In this document: positions 29,078 to 37,820 of the stretch, piece by piece
Position numbering within the stretch: position 1 is the first letter of the stretch
Layout of the letters: each line of letters opens with the position of its first letter
NCBI GenBank assembly: GCA_963720755.1
Contig: CAVRGP010000011.1
Coordinates: 416,001 to 480,000, forward strand
Source: an uncultured Chloroflexia bacterium
GTDB taxonomy: Bacteria; Chloroflexota; Limnocylindria; Limnocylindrales; CSP1-4
DNA length: 64,000 bases
Direction: 5' to 3'
Notes under the pieces: model-generated
Database searches by the model: none
Told to the model about the DNA's origin: nothing
What the model saw: only the letters and a program-made list of their open reading frames with translations
Program-made: the position numbers and the translations under genes

Positions 29078-30325
29078 ATGACCATCAGCCCGACCGATGC
29101 CTCGATGCCGTCCCCGCTCGAGCTCGGTGCGCTGCAGGAAGCGATCGCCGCCGACCTGCCCGCATACCTGGCCGACCTGAAGGACCTCGTGAGCATCGAT
29201 TGCGGGAGCTACACCCCCGACGGCGTCGATGCCGTGGGCCGCTGGGTGCGTGCCTTCGTGACCGGTCTCGGAGCCGAGGTGGAGGTTCGGCCGGATCCTT
29301 CCGGACGGCTCGGCGCGACCCTGATCGCGACCTTCCATGGCCAAGCCGACGGACCGCGGGTCCTCCTGATCGGGCACATGGACACCGTCTTCGACCCGGG
29401 GACCGTCGCCGATCGACCATTCCGGATCAGCGATGGCGTGGCCTACGGCCCGGGGGTCACCGACATGAAATCGGGTTTGCTGGCCGGCCTGTACGCCATC
29501 AAGGCCATCATCGCGGACCGCGGCGGGCTGCCCTTCGAGCGACTCGTGTTCGTCGCCAACCCGGATGAGGAGATCGGGTCGCCGACCTCGACGCCGCACA
29601 TCCGGGAGGTGGCCGCCGACAGTGACGTCGCGCTCGTTCTCGAATGCGCGCGCGCCAACGGAGACATCGTGTCGTCCCGCAAGGGGATCCTGGATCTGCG
29701 TCTCGTGGTCGAAGGTCGGGCCGCCCACGCCGGGGTCGAACCCGAGAAGGGCCGGAGCGCGATCGTCGAGGCCGCTCGGATCGTCGGCGAGATCCATGCT
29801 CTCAACGGTCGCTGGCCGGACGTCACCCTCAACGTCGGTCTGATCACCGGCGGCACTCGTCCGAACGTCGTCGCCGAACGGTGCGCGCTCGAGGTCGACC
29901 TGCGGGCGACGTCACGAGCGGCGCTCGAAGCCGCCGAATCGGAGATCAGGCGGATCGCCGACTCCACGGTCGTGCCGGACACGACGGTCACGTTCGAGCC
30001 GATGGCCCGCTGGTGGCCGATGGAGAAGCTGGAGCGGAGTGGCCGGCTCGTGGAGCACGCCCAGGCCGTTGCCGCCGAACTCGGTTTCACGATCGCCGAT
30101 GCCGCCACCGGCGGGGCCTCCGATGCCAATACGACGGCAGGCATGGGGATCCCGAGCCTCGATGGCCTGGGTCCGATCGGCGGCAGCGACCATGCCCCGT
30201 CCGAATACCTCGAGATCGATTCCATCGTGCCCCGGACGACCCTTCTGGCGGGCCTGCTCCTGGCCATCGCCGGGGACCCCGACATCCCTGGTTGGCGTTC
30301 CGACCGTCCGGCCATCGGCGGCTGA
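29078..30325 (+). CDS. M20-family metallopeptidase (carboxypeptidase G2-like)
   Basis: GHMDTVF, GPGVTDMKSG, DEEIGS, GRAAHAG, GGASD, DGLGPIG..HAPSE. Confidence 0.92.
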   Translation: MTISPTDASMPSPLELGALQEAIAADLPAYLADLKDLVSIDCGSYTPDGVDAVGRWVRAFVTGLGAEVEVRPDPSGRLGATLIATFHGQADGPRVLLIGHMDTVFDPGTVADRPFRISDGVAYGPGVTDMKSGLLAGLYAIKAIIADRGGLPFERLVFVANPDEEIGSPTSTPHIREVAADSDVALVLECARANGDIVSSRKGILDLRLVVEGRAAHAGVEPEKGRSAIVEAARIVGEIHALNGRWPDVTLNVGLITGGTRPNVVAERCALEVDLRATSRAALEAAESEIRRIADSTVVPDTTVTFEPMARWWPMEKLERSGRLVEHAQAVAAELGFTIADAATGGASDANTTAGMGIPSLDGLGPIGGSDHAPSEYLEIDSIVPRTTLLAGLLLAIAGDPDIPGWRSDRPAIGG

Positions 30326-30374
30326 TCGCGGGTCGCCGGTCGGTGCCGGCCCGATCGGTGCCCGACCCTCGGAC

Positions 30375-30719
30375 TCAGACCGGGATGGCGGCCAGCCCGG
30401 CGGCCCGGGCGACCGCGACGATCGCCACGGCGGCGACGAGGCCGAGCAGCAAGTTGCCCTTGCGAGCGACGATCGCCAGGCAGGCGAAGACGGCCACCCA
30501 TTCGATCCCGACATGGAAGGACGGGACAGCGTCGTCACCGACGACCACCATCACGCTGACCGCGGCCAGCGCCGACAGGACGGCCGGACCCACCAGCTGG
30601 AGGTAGTCGAACGCGATCTTCGGCAGGCGGTCGAGGCCGGGTGCGAGAAGGCCGAGCGCGCGGGTCGGGTAGGTGACCGCGAACATCAGGATCGCCAGCG
30701 GGACGAGGTCCGTGCTCAC
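30375..30719 (-). CDS. azlD: AzlD-family branched-chain amino acid transport subunit
   Basis: MFAVTYPTR, GPAVLSAL. Small hydrophobic protein directly downstream of azlC. Confidence 0.8.
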   Translation of the reverse strand: MSTDLVPLAILMFAVTYPTRALGLLAPGLDRLPKIAFDYLQLVGPAVLSALAAVSVMVVVGDDAVPSFHVGIEWVAVFACLAIVARKGNLLLGLVAAVAIVAVARAAGLAAIPV

Positions 30720-31534
30720 CGGTCGGCCGGACGATCCACGGGATCGCCATCACCGCCGGCCTCGACGTGCGTGCCCGGTACCGAGTAACGCTCGGCGGAT
30801 GGCACCGTGCCGAGCGGTGCGGTCTCCATCGCCGCCGCGGTCGGAACGAGAAGGCCGAACAGCGGCCCGACGACCCCACCGGTGACGATCCCGACCGGCG
30901 GACTGACTGCGAGGGCGACGACGACCGCGATGCCGGATCCGACGATCGCCGCCACCAGTTCGCGCCGCCCGGTGACCAGCCCGACCGCCAGGCCGATCAT
31001 CGCTGCCGGGAAGATGATGTCGATCCCCAGGCGGGCCGGCTCGGGGATCTGGGCGCCGAGCACGACGCCGGTGAGTGTCGCCAGATTCCAGGGCACGAAG
31101 ATGGCCCCGATGGCGGCCATCCAGTAGCCTCGTTCGTCCGGCCGCCTGAGTCGACGAAAGTGGCTGATCGACAGGGCGAATGATTCGTCGGTCAGGATGT
31201 GGGCCATGACCGCGCGCCGTCCCGTCGGGACGTCGCGGAGCCACGGCGCGAGGGCCGCCGAGTAGAGCAGATGCCGGGCGTTGAGCAGCGCCGTCAGGAC
31301 GACGATCCCGGGCCAGGCGAGACCGCTCGCCACGTAGCCGACCGCGGCGAACTGGGCGGCACCGGCGAACACGATCGTGCTCATCGCCATCGCCTCGATG
31401 ACGGAGAAGCCGGCTTCTCGTGCCGAGAGGCCGTACACGAACCCGAACCCGATCGCCGACACGGCGATCCCGATCCCGTCGGTGACCAGTCGGCGCCGGC
31501 TGGCCCTGAGGTCCGGATCGATCGCGCTGGTCAG
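30716..31534 (-). CDS. azlC: AzlC-family permease (possible CTG start)
   Basis: FGFVYG, MSTIVFAGAAQF, LNARHLLYS, LTDESFA, GIDIIFPA. Start uncertain; a CTGA overlap with the upstream stop is proposed. Confidence 0.85.
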   Translation of the reverse strand: MTSAIDPDLRASRRRLVTDGIGIAVSAIGFGFVYGLSAREAGFSVIEAMAMSTIVFAGAAQFAAVGYVASGLAWPGIVVLTALLNARHLLYSAALAPWLRDVPTGRRAVMAHILTDESFALSISHFRRLRRPDERGYWMAAIGAIFVPWNLATLTGVVLGAQIPEPARLGIDIIFPAAMIGLAVGLVTGRRELVAAIVGSGIAVVVALAVSPPVGIVTGGVVGPLFGLLVPTAAAMETAPLGTVPSAERYSVPGTHVEAGGDGDPVDRPADR

Positions 31535-31803
31535 CGCAGGAAGGTCTTGCCGCAGGTCCCGTCGCAGACCACGAACAACGCGTGCTTCTCGGCGGCATAT
31601 CCGGCGACGTGGAGCAGGCCGGGACAACCCTGGGTCGGGCACTTCCAGACCCACCAACGATCGTTGTCATCAAGCGGCGTGCTCTCGGACGCGAGCGTCC
31701 CGCCGAGCGGTTCGCGGGCCGCGACAAGGGCCGCGACCGCCGCGGCGCGATCAGCCTCGGTCTCGCTCGTGTATGGGTAGTTCTGGCCGACGTTGGACGT
31801 CAT
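31531..31803 (-). CDS. small Cys/His-rich (Zn-ribbon-like) hypothetical protein
   Basis: 90 aa with WKCPTQGCPGLLH...VCDGTCGKTFLR. It sits in an apparent operon between the MFS gene and azlC. Confidence 0.7.
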   Translation of the reverse strand: MTSNVGQNYPYTSETEADRAAAVAALVAAREPLGGTLASESTPLDDNDRWWVWKCPTQGCPGLLHVAGYAAEKHALFVVCDGTCGKTFLR

Positions 31804-31875
31804 CGCTCACTCACCCTCTGGCGCGGCTCCTCCGGCGGGGCCAGGCGAGTATCGCACAGGCGCCACGCACGTCGG

Positions 31876-33162
31876 TCATGCCTCGGCGGCTGCGTCCGGA
31901 GCCGTCATGGTGACCGCATCGAGTTCGTGTTCCTGGGTCCGCAGGCGAGACAGTGGGATGAGGGCGATCGCCAGAAGGATCGCGGTGGCGACGAGCATGC
32001 CATCGATCCCGCGCCAGGCGGCCGCGAACCCCCCGATCAGGCTGCCGGCGATCTGTCCGATCGCGAGGAACACGGAATAGAGACCCATGATCGCGCCTCG
32101 ATCGGTCGGGAAGCGCTCGGACAGGTCGGCCAGCAGGCCGAGCGCTGCCGGCGTGGCCCCGGCCAGGATGAACAGGCCGGTGCCCGCCACGACGACCGCC
32201 CCGATGAGGACCGCCGTCGGCAGGTCGGCCGAATGGTTCACCACGAGGGCCGCCACGACCAACCCGGCGCCGCCGAAGATCCCGTACCGGATGATCGTCG
32301 TCCTGCGCAGGGCTTTGAACCGGTTTCCCCAATACAGCAGCCCGGCACCGAACACGATGGCGATCGCGATCGCGGCGATGGTGATCTGGTTCGCGTCGAA
32401 GCCGCCCATCAACACCTGGTCGGGAAACGCCGGATGTGGCCGTGAGAACTGGAACAGGGATTGGCTGAGCCACAGGCCGATGCTGGCGTTGATCGCGATC
32501 CAGGTCGGCGCCAGCAGGAGCACGTGGGCGGACCGGACCAGGGTGGCATAGCGACGGAACCCGACGTGCGGTCCGGCCACCGCCGCGACTTCGCCGGCGG
32601 GGTCCTTGACCCCACGCCAGTAGATCAGGAATGACACGGCGTAGATACCGGCATTGAGGAAGAAGGCGGTCGGCCCGATCGCCTCGAACAGCTTCGGCGC
32701 CACGATGAACCCGACGCCCAGCCCGGCGAGCGTCGCACCCTCGAACCGCGCCGCCGCCTTGCCGCGCAGGACCTCGTTGCCGGCGGTCGCCAGGGCGATG
32801 AAACCGAGGATCGATGGGACGCTGGCCGCGGTCGATGCCCCCTCGAACAGGCGGGTCACACCGAGGATCGGCAGGCTGGTCGTCAATCCGGTCAGGATCA
32901 CCGCGATCGCCCCGAAGACCGGTCCGTAGAGCATGATCCGATGGTGCCCGTACCGATCCGACAGGATGCCGAAGATCGGCGAGAGGACCAGCTCGGTCAG
33001 GTAGAACATCGCGGCGAACAGGCCGACGACTCGGGCGTCGATGTCCGGGCCACCATGAGCGGGCAGGTCGGCGAGGTACAAGCCAAGCATCGCACCGGTC
33101 AGGCCCGTGCTGAAGCGCAGCGTGAACGTGCCCAGGAGCACGAACCGGAGTGACCGTTGCAT
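31876..33162 (-). CDS. MFS transporter
   Basis: Motif A (GILSDRYGHHR) and about 12 TM segments. Confidence 0.88.
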   Translation of the reverse strand: MQRSLRFVLLGTFTLRFSTGLTGAMLGLYLADLPAHGGPDIDARVVGLFAAMFYLTELVLSPIFGILSDRYGHHRIMLYGPVFGAIAVILTGLTTSLPILGVTRLFEGASTAASVPSILGFIALATAGNEVLRGKAAARFEGATLAGLGVGFIVAPKLFEAIGPTAFFLNAGIYAVSFLIYWRGVKDPAGEVAAVAGPHVGFRRYATLVRSAHVLLLAPTWIAINASIGLWLSQSLFQFSRPHPAFPDQVLMGGFDANQITIAAIAIAIVFGAGLLYWGNRFKALRRTTIIRYGIFGGAGLVVAALVVNHSADLPTAVLIGAVVVAGTGLFILAGATPAALGLLADLSERFPTDRGAIMGLYSVFLAIGQIAGSLIGGFAAAWRGIDGMLVATAILLAIALIPLSRLRTQEHELDAVTMTAPDAAAEA

Positions 33163-33251
33163 CGTCCGAATCGTAGCGGGTTCGACTCCGTGCTGGACCC
33201 GGCCCGTATCATGCCCGCAACGTCCCGGCAGCCCACCGGAGGAGGAAACCC

Positions 33252-34103
33252 TTGAGCGGTGTCGCGATCTTCACGGATTCCGCGTCGGACATGGATCCGG
33301 ACCAGGCCGCCGCAGAGGGGATCAGGATCGTCCCGCTGATGGTGAACTTCGGCAGCGAGAGCTTCCGGGCGGGTGTCGACTTGTCGACTGCCGCCTTCTG
33401 GGAGCGGATGACCGCGCCAGACGCCCCGTTCCCAACGACCGCCGCGAGCTCGCCGGGCGATTTCAAGTCCGCCTACGAGGCCGCCTTCGGGGATGGCGCC
33501 GACGCGGTCGTGTCCGTCCACGTGGCGGGAACGTTGTCCGGAACGATCAAGAGTGCCCAGGTCGCCCGGGACATGCTGCCCGACCGGGAGATCCACATCG
33601 TCGACTCGCAAGGCGCATCGATGGCGGAGGGGATCCTCGCGAGGATGGCCGTCCAGATGGCCGCCGACGGCCGGGCGCCGGCCGACATCGCCGAGACGCT
33701 CGAGGAGCGGGCGACGGACATCGTCATCTACCTCACCCTCGAGACGCTCGAGTACCTGAAGAAGGGCGGGCGGATCAGCGGCGCCCAGGCCGCGCTCGGC
33801 ACGCTCTTGTCGGTCAAACCGATCATCCGCGTCCAGGACGGGGTCGTCGCCACGATCGACAAGGTCCGGACCAGATCGAAGGCGCGCGAGAGGATGCTCG
33901 AGCTGATCTGCGAGCGTCCGATCGAGCGGCTCGCGATCCTGCATACGATGAGCCCGGACGTGGAGTCCTTCCGGGACGATGTCATCAGGCGGGCTTCCGG
34001 AAGCCTCGACCCGGCTGACGTGACGATCGATCTGGTCGGTGCATCGGTGGGGCCGCACCTCGGTCCCGGATGCGTGGGAGCGGCGATCCTGTACCGCGCC
34101 TAG
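33252..34103 (+). CDS. DegV-family fatty-acid-binding protein
   Basis: IFTDSASD, LSGT, IVDSQ, LEYLKKGGRI, LLSVKPI, HLGPG. Confidence 0.92.
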   Translation: MSGVAIFTDSASDMDPDQAAAEGIRIVPLMVNFGSESFRAGVDLSTAAFWERMTAPDAPFPTTAASSPGDFKSAYEAAFGDGADAVVSVHVAGTLSGTIKSAQVARDMLPDREIHIVDSQGASMAEGILARMAVQMAADGRAPADIAETLEERATDIVIYLTLETLEYLKKGGRISGAQAALGTLLSVKPIIRVQDGVVATIDKVRTRSKARERMLELICERPIERLAILHTMSPDVESFRDDVIRRASGSLDPADVTIDLVGASVGPHLGPGCVGAAILYRA

Positions 34104-34242
34104 GGTTGCCGCTGGGTTGCGGGCAGGTTGCCGATCGGGGGCTATACTGCGGGATGGCCGTGCGCCCCGTGGGGTCGTCCGGGAGACGACCCAGACCGAT
34201 GGCGATGCAGGTGATCGCCCGACACGTGAGGACACCCATCAG

Positions 34243-35508
34243 ATGACCACCGAGCAAGTCGCTGCGCAGATCAACGTTTGGGAAGTGGCCCAGCGACAGT
34301 TCGATCTAGCCGCCGAACGGCTTGGCCTGGACGAAGGCATGCGCCTCGTCCTGCGCGAGCCGCGACGCGAGTTCACCGTCCATTTCCCCGTCCACATGGA
34401 TGACGGATCCGTCCAGGTCTTCACTGGCTATCGAGTCCAGCACAATCTGGGCCGAGGGCCTGCCAAGGGCGGCATCCGCTACCACCAGAATGTCTCTCGG
34501 GACGAAGTCAAGGCCCTGGCGATGTGGATGACCTGGAAGTGCGCGGTCGTCGGGATCCCCTACGGGGGCGGCAAGGGCGGCGTCATCGTCGACCCCAAGA
34601 AGCTCAGCCAGAAGGAACTCGAAGGCCTGACCCGCCGGTACTTCACCGAGATCGAGATCCTGATCGGCCCGGAGAAGGACATCCCGGCGCCGGACGTCAA
34701 CACCAACGCCCAGATCATGGCCTGGATGATGGATACCTATTCCATGCATGCCGGCTACACCGTTCCCGGTGTGGTGACCGGCAAGCCGATCAGCCTGGGC
34801 GGGTCGGAAGGACGGAATGAGGCGACCGCCCGCGGTTGCGTTTACACCGTCGTCGAAGCGGCCCGTCACCTTGGCCTGGATCTCACGACGGCGCGAGCCG
34901 CGGTCCAGGGCTTCGGCAATGCCGGCTCGATCGCCGCCCGTTTGATCGGCGAAGAGGGTGCCACCGTCGTGGCCGTATCGGACTCGACCGGCGGGATCCA
35001 CGATCCGTCCGGACTCGATATCGCCAAGGTCGTGGCCTGGAAGCAGGAACATGGGACCGTCCAGGGGTTCCCGGGTGCGACCGATATCACGAACGCGGAA
35101 GTGCTTGAGATCGACTGCGAGATCCTCATCCCCGCCGCCCTCGAGAACCAGATCACGTCACGGAACGCCGGCAACGTGAAGGCACGATTGGTCGCCGAAG
35201 CGGCCAACGGCCCGACCACCCCGGACGCCGACGAGATCCTGTTCCGCAACGGCGTCTTCCTCGTCCCGGACATCCTGTGCAACGCCGGTGGCGTGACAGT
35301 CAGCTACTTCGAGTGGGTCCAGGACCTCAACCGTGATCACTGGAGCGAGGAGGTCGTCAACGCCAAGCTCAAGGAGATCATGGTCAAGGCGTTCGACGAG
35401 ACCCTGGACATGGCCAAGCGCGAGAAGGTGAACATGCGCACGGCCGCCTATCTCGTGGCGGTCAAACGAGTCGCAGATGCGATGGAGATGCGCGGCCTCT
35501 ACCCGTAG
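34243..35508 (+). CDS. gdhA: glutamate dehydrogenase (Glu/Leu/Phe/Val family)
   Basis: GPAKGGIRY, MTWKCA, GGGKGG, DIPAPDVNT, VQGFGNAG, EAANGP, NAGGVTVSYFEW. Confidence 0.95.
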   Translation: MTTEQVAAQINVWEVAQRQFDLAAERLGLDEGMRLVLREPRREFTVHFPVHMDDGSVQVFTGYRVQHNLGRGPAKGGIRYHQNVSRDEVKALAMWMTWKCAVVGIPYGGGKGGVIVDPKKLSQKELEGLTRRYFTEIEILIGPEKDIPAPDVNTNAQIMAWMMDTYSMHAGYTVPGVVTGKPISLGGSEGRNEATARGCVYTVVEAARHLGLDLTTARAAVQGFGNAGSIAARLIGEEGATVVAVSDSTGGIHDPSGLDIAKVVAWKQEHGTVQGFPGATDITNAEVLEIDCEILIPAALENQITSRNAGNVKARLVAEAANGPTTPDADEILFRNGVFLVPDILCNAGGVTVSYFEWVQDLNRDHWSEEVVNAKLKEIMVKAFDETLDMAKREKVNMRTAAYLVAVKRVADAMEMRGLYP

Positions 35509-35567
35509 GGGTCGCCGGCGACGGGGCGCGGCCTGCAGCGCCGCGCCCTGGTGCTAGCATTCCGCCC

Positions 35568-36173
35568 ATGCTCGATCACGAAGAGAAGTTCCTGTTCAAG
35601 GAGGAGATCCTCCACCTTTCCAACGCCGTGGCGGAGCCGGGCGTCCTGGACAATGTGGAGGATCTCCTGACCGACGTCATCACCAGCCCGCGCTTCGACT
35701 CGGAGGTCTTCACCCTCGAGCGGAGTCTCCAGGTGATGCTGGGTCCTCGCGCCGGCACGACCCTGGTCGGCCTGCTGACCGTCGCGCCGGAGGTGTTCGA
35801 CGAGGTCGCCGAAGTGCGAGTCCCGTCCGAGATCCACGAGCGATTGGTCGCCTGGCGAGCGCGGTTCGGGCTTGCGATCGACAACGCCCTGAACTTCCTC
35901 AACAACCCGGACGGCATCCAGGGTCACAACTTCGCGACCCAGGTCGCCCACGTCGACGACCGGCGCGTCCTGCAAGGCCGGCTGACCCTCGTCCGATACA
36001 ACAACGAGCCGCAGTTCTTCGTTGCCGACGCCAGCGTCTTCCTGGCCCTCGTCGCGGACATCATGGAACGGCTCGGCCCGTACCTCGAGCCGGACACTGT
36101 CGAGGCCGAGACGCTCGCCCGACTGCGCGACGCGATCCAGCTCATCGAGCGCAAGACCGCAACTCGCACCTGA
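35568..36173 (+). CDS. hypothetical protein
   Basis: 201-aa ORF with strong GC3 codon bias. TAGCAT lies 7 nt before the ATG. No family recognised. Confidence 0.75.
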   Translation: MLDHEEKFLFKEEILHLSNAVAEPGVLDNVEDLLTDVITSPRFDSEVFTLERSLQVMLGPRAGTTLVGLLTVAPEVFDEVAEVRVPSEIHERLVAWRARFGLAIDNALNFLNNPDGIQGHNFATQVAHVDDRRVLQGRLTLVRYNNEPQFFVADASVFLALVADIMERLGPYLEPDTVEAETLARLRDAIQLIERKTATRT

Positions 36174-36185
36174 TCGGCGACGGCC

Positions 36186-37289
36186 ATGCGCCATGTCTAT
36201 CTGGCCGCGACCGGGCAGAACCGGGGTAAGACCACGGTCAGTCTGGGCGTGCTCGACGGCTTCCACCGGCGCGGCCTCTCGGCGGGTTTCCTGAAGCCGG
36301 TCGGCCAGCGGACGGTGATCGAAGACGGGGCGCCGGCAGATGAAGACGCCGTCCTGGTGAAGCAGGTCTTCGGCTTGCACGAACCCCTCAGTCAGATGAG
36401 CCCGGTCCACATCCCTCGTGGGTTCACCCAGTCGTACATCGATGGCGAAGTCGTCGCCGATCTGCCGGCCCGGATCCGCACCGCCCATGCCGGCTTCGCC
36501 GACCGTGACATCCTGCTCATCGAGGGGACCGGGCACGCCGGCGTCGGTGCGGTCATCGGGCTGTCGAATGCGACCGTGGCGGCGATGTTGGGAGCCCCCG
36601 CCATCATCGTGTCGGAGGGCGGGGTCGGGCGTCCGATCGACGAGATCGTCCTCAATGCCTCCCTGTTCGAACGGCATGGCGTCAAGGTCGCCGGCGCCAT
36701 CGTCAACAAGGTCGACCTGGACGCCAAACCCGGACTGGCGCGGACCCTCGAACGGGGACTCGAACGTCACGGCATCCCGCTCCTCGGGGTCCTGCCGTAT
36801 CGGCCGATCCTGTCCAACCCGACCCTCGCGATGGTCGTCGCGGGCCTGCATGGGGAGACCATCCACGCGGGTCCGAATCTCGACCAGGTCATCGGTGGGA
36901 TCGCCATCGGGGCGATGGAACCCGAGCACATGCTCCGTCGGATCGGCCCGCGCAGCCTCGTTGTGGTGCCGGGCGATCGTTCCGATGTGATCGCCGCGAT
37001 CGTCGACGCCCGGCGGGATGGATCCGACGGTGGGACCGGAGCGATCGGTCTGCTGCTCTCGGGCGGCTACGTGCTCGAGGACGGGATGCTGGCCGAGATC
37101 AGGGCGGCCGACCTGTTCGCGATGCGCGTGGACGAGGACACCTATCAGGTCGCCTCGGAGCTCCACGACCTGCTGGTCAAGACCCACCCCGCGGACGCCG
37201 GCAAGATCGCCGAGATCAAGGCGCTCCTCTGGGAATACCTCTTCATCGACCGCGTCCTCGAGGCTGCCGAGGAGGCACGGTTCGACTGA
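36186..37289 (+). CDS. Pta N-terminal-like (BioD-like P-loop + DRTGG) protein
   Basis: QNRGKTT, FLKPVG, LIEGTGH, IVNKV, VVPGDRSDV. No Pta catalytic domain. Confidence 0.85.
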   Translation: MRHVYLAATGQNRGKTTVSLGVLDGFHRRGLSAGFLKPVGQRTVIEDGAPADEDAVLVKQVFGLHEPLSQMSPVHIPRGFTQSYIDGEVVADLPARIRTAHAGFADRDILLIEGTGHAGVGAVIGLSNATVAAMLGAPAIIVSEGGVGRPIDEIVLNASLFERHGVKVAGAIVNKVDLDAKPGLARTLERGLERHGIPLLGVLPYRPILSNPTLAMVVAGLHGETIHAGPNLDQVIGGIAIGAMEPEHMLRRIGPRSLVVVPGDRSDVIAAIVDARRDGSDGGTGAIGLLLSGGYVLEDGMLAEIRAADLFAMRVDEDTYQVASELHDLLVKTHPADAGKIAEIKALLWEYLFIDRVLEAAEEARFD

Positions 37290-37321
37290 GCGCGACGCGG
37301 GCGGCCGGCGGTCGCGGGTGC

Positions 37322-37378
37322 CAGCAGCGGGCTAGTCGCAGGGGCAGCGGTGGTCGCAGGAGCAGCGGGCTAGTCGCG
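37322..37378. repeat. short imperfect tandem repeat (GCAGCGGGCTAGTCGCAGG-like, ~19-21 bp x3)
   Basis: Read directly from the sequence. Confidence 0.6.
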
Positions 37379-37381
37379 GAC

Positions 37382-37528
37382 GCGGCCATCGCATCCGTGC
37401 CAGATACGAATTCTCGGTCGTCATCGGCGAGGCGGCCTTCGCATCCGTGCCAGATACGAACCTCGGTCGTCATCGGCGAGGCGGCCTTCGCATCCGTGCC
37501 AGATACGAACCTCGGTCGTCATCGGCGA
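37382..37528. repeat. 49/50-bp tandem repeat x3 (GCATCCGTGCCAGATACGAACCTCGGTCGTCATCGGCGAGGCGGCCTTC)
   Basis: Copies start at 37391, 37441 and 37490. They are near-identical and have no spacers. Confidence 0.9.
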
Positions 37529-37655
37529 CGCGTGAGGCCCTCGGCGGTCGGCTCGTCGTGGGGTTTGCGCGCGCATCCACGCTGGCGAGTTCGCAGATCG
37601 AGTCCTCAAACGCGGCTCGTGTCGCCGAAGACGATGGTGGGTCGTATGTGGCAAG
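37496..37655. repeat. ~160-nt imperfect palindrome (long hairpin, REPIN/MITE-like)
   Basis: TGCCAGATACGAACCTCGGTCGTCATCGGCGAC pairs with GTCGCCGAAGACGATGGTGGGTCGTATGTGGCA. Inner stems: TGAGG..CTCG/CGAG..CCTCA and GCTCGTC.GTGG/CCAC..GGCGAGT. Apex TGCGCGCGCA. Confidence 0.7.
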
Positions 37656-37681
37656 CGCCGTAAACCCAGGCACCGCGGGTG

Positions 37682-37791
37682 GCAAGCACCGGCGGACCGC
37701 AAGCACCACGGACCGCAGGCACCGGCCGACCGCAAGCACCACGGACCGCAGGCACCGGCCGACCGCAAGCACCACGGACCGCAGGCACCGG
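37682..37791. repeat. 33-bp tandem repeat x~3 built from alternating 16/17-bp half units
   Basis: GCAAGCACCACGGACC-GCAGGCACCGGCCGACC copies at 37699, 37732 and 37765, plus a half unit at 37682. Confidence 0.9.
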
Positions 37792-37820
37792 GCGCCGCCG
37801 AAATGCGGTCGTGACGATGC

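Noticed and set aside
37382-37791. Possible CRISPR array
   Set aside because: The repeats are directly tandem with no unique spacers, and there are no cas genes in the window.
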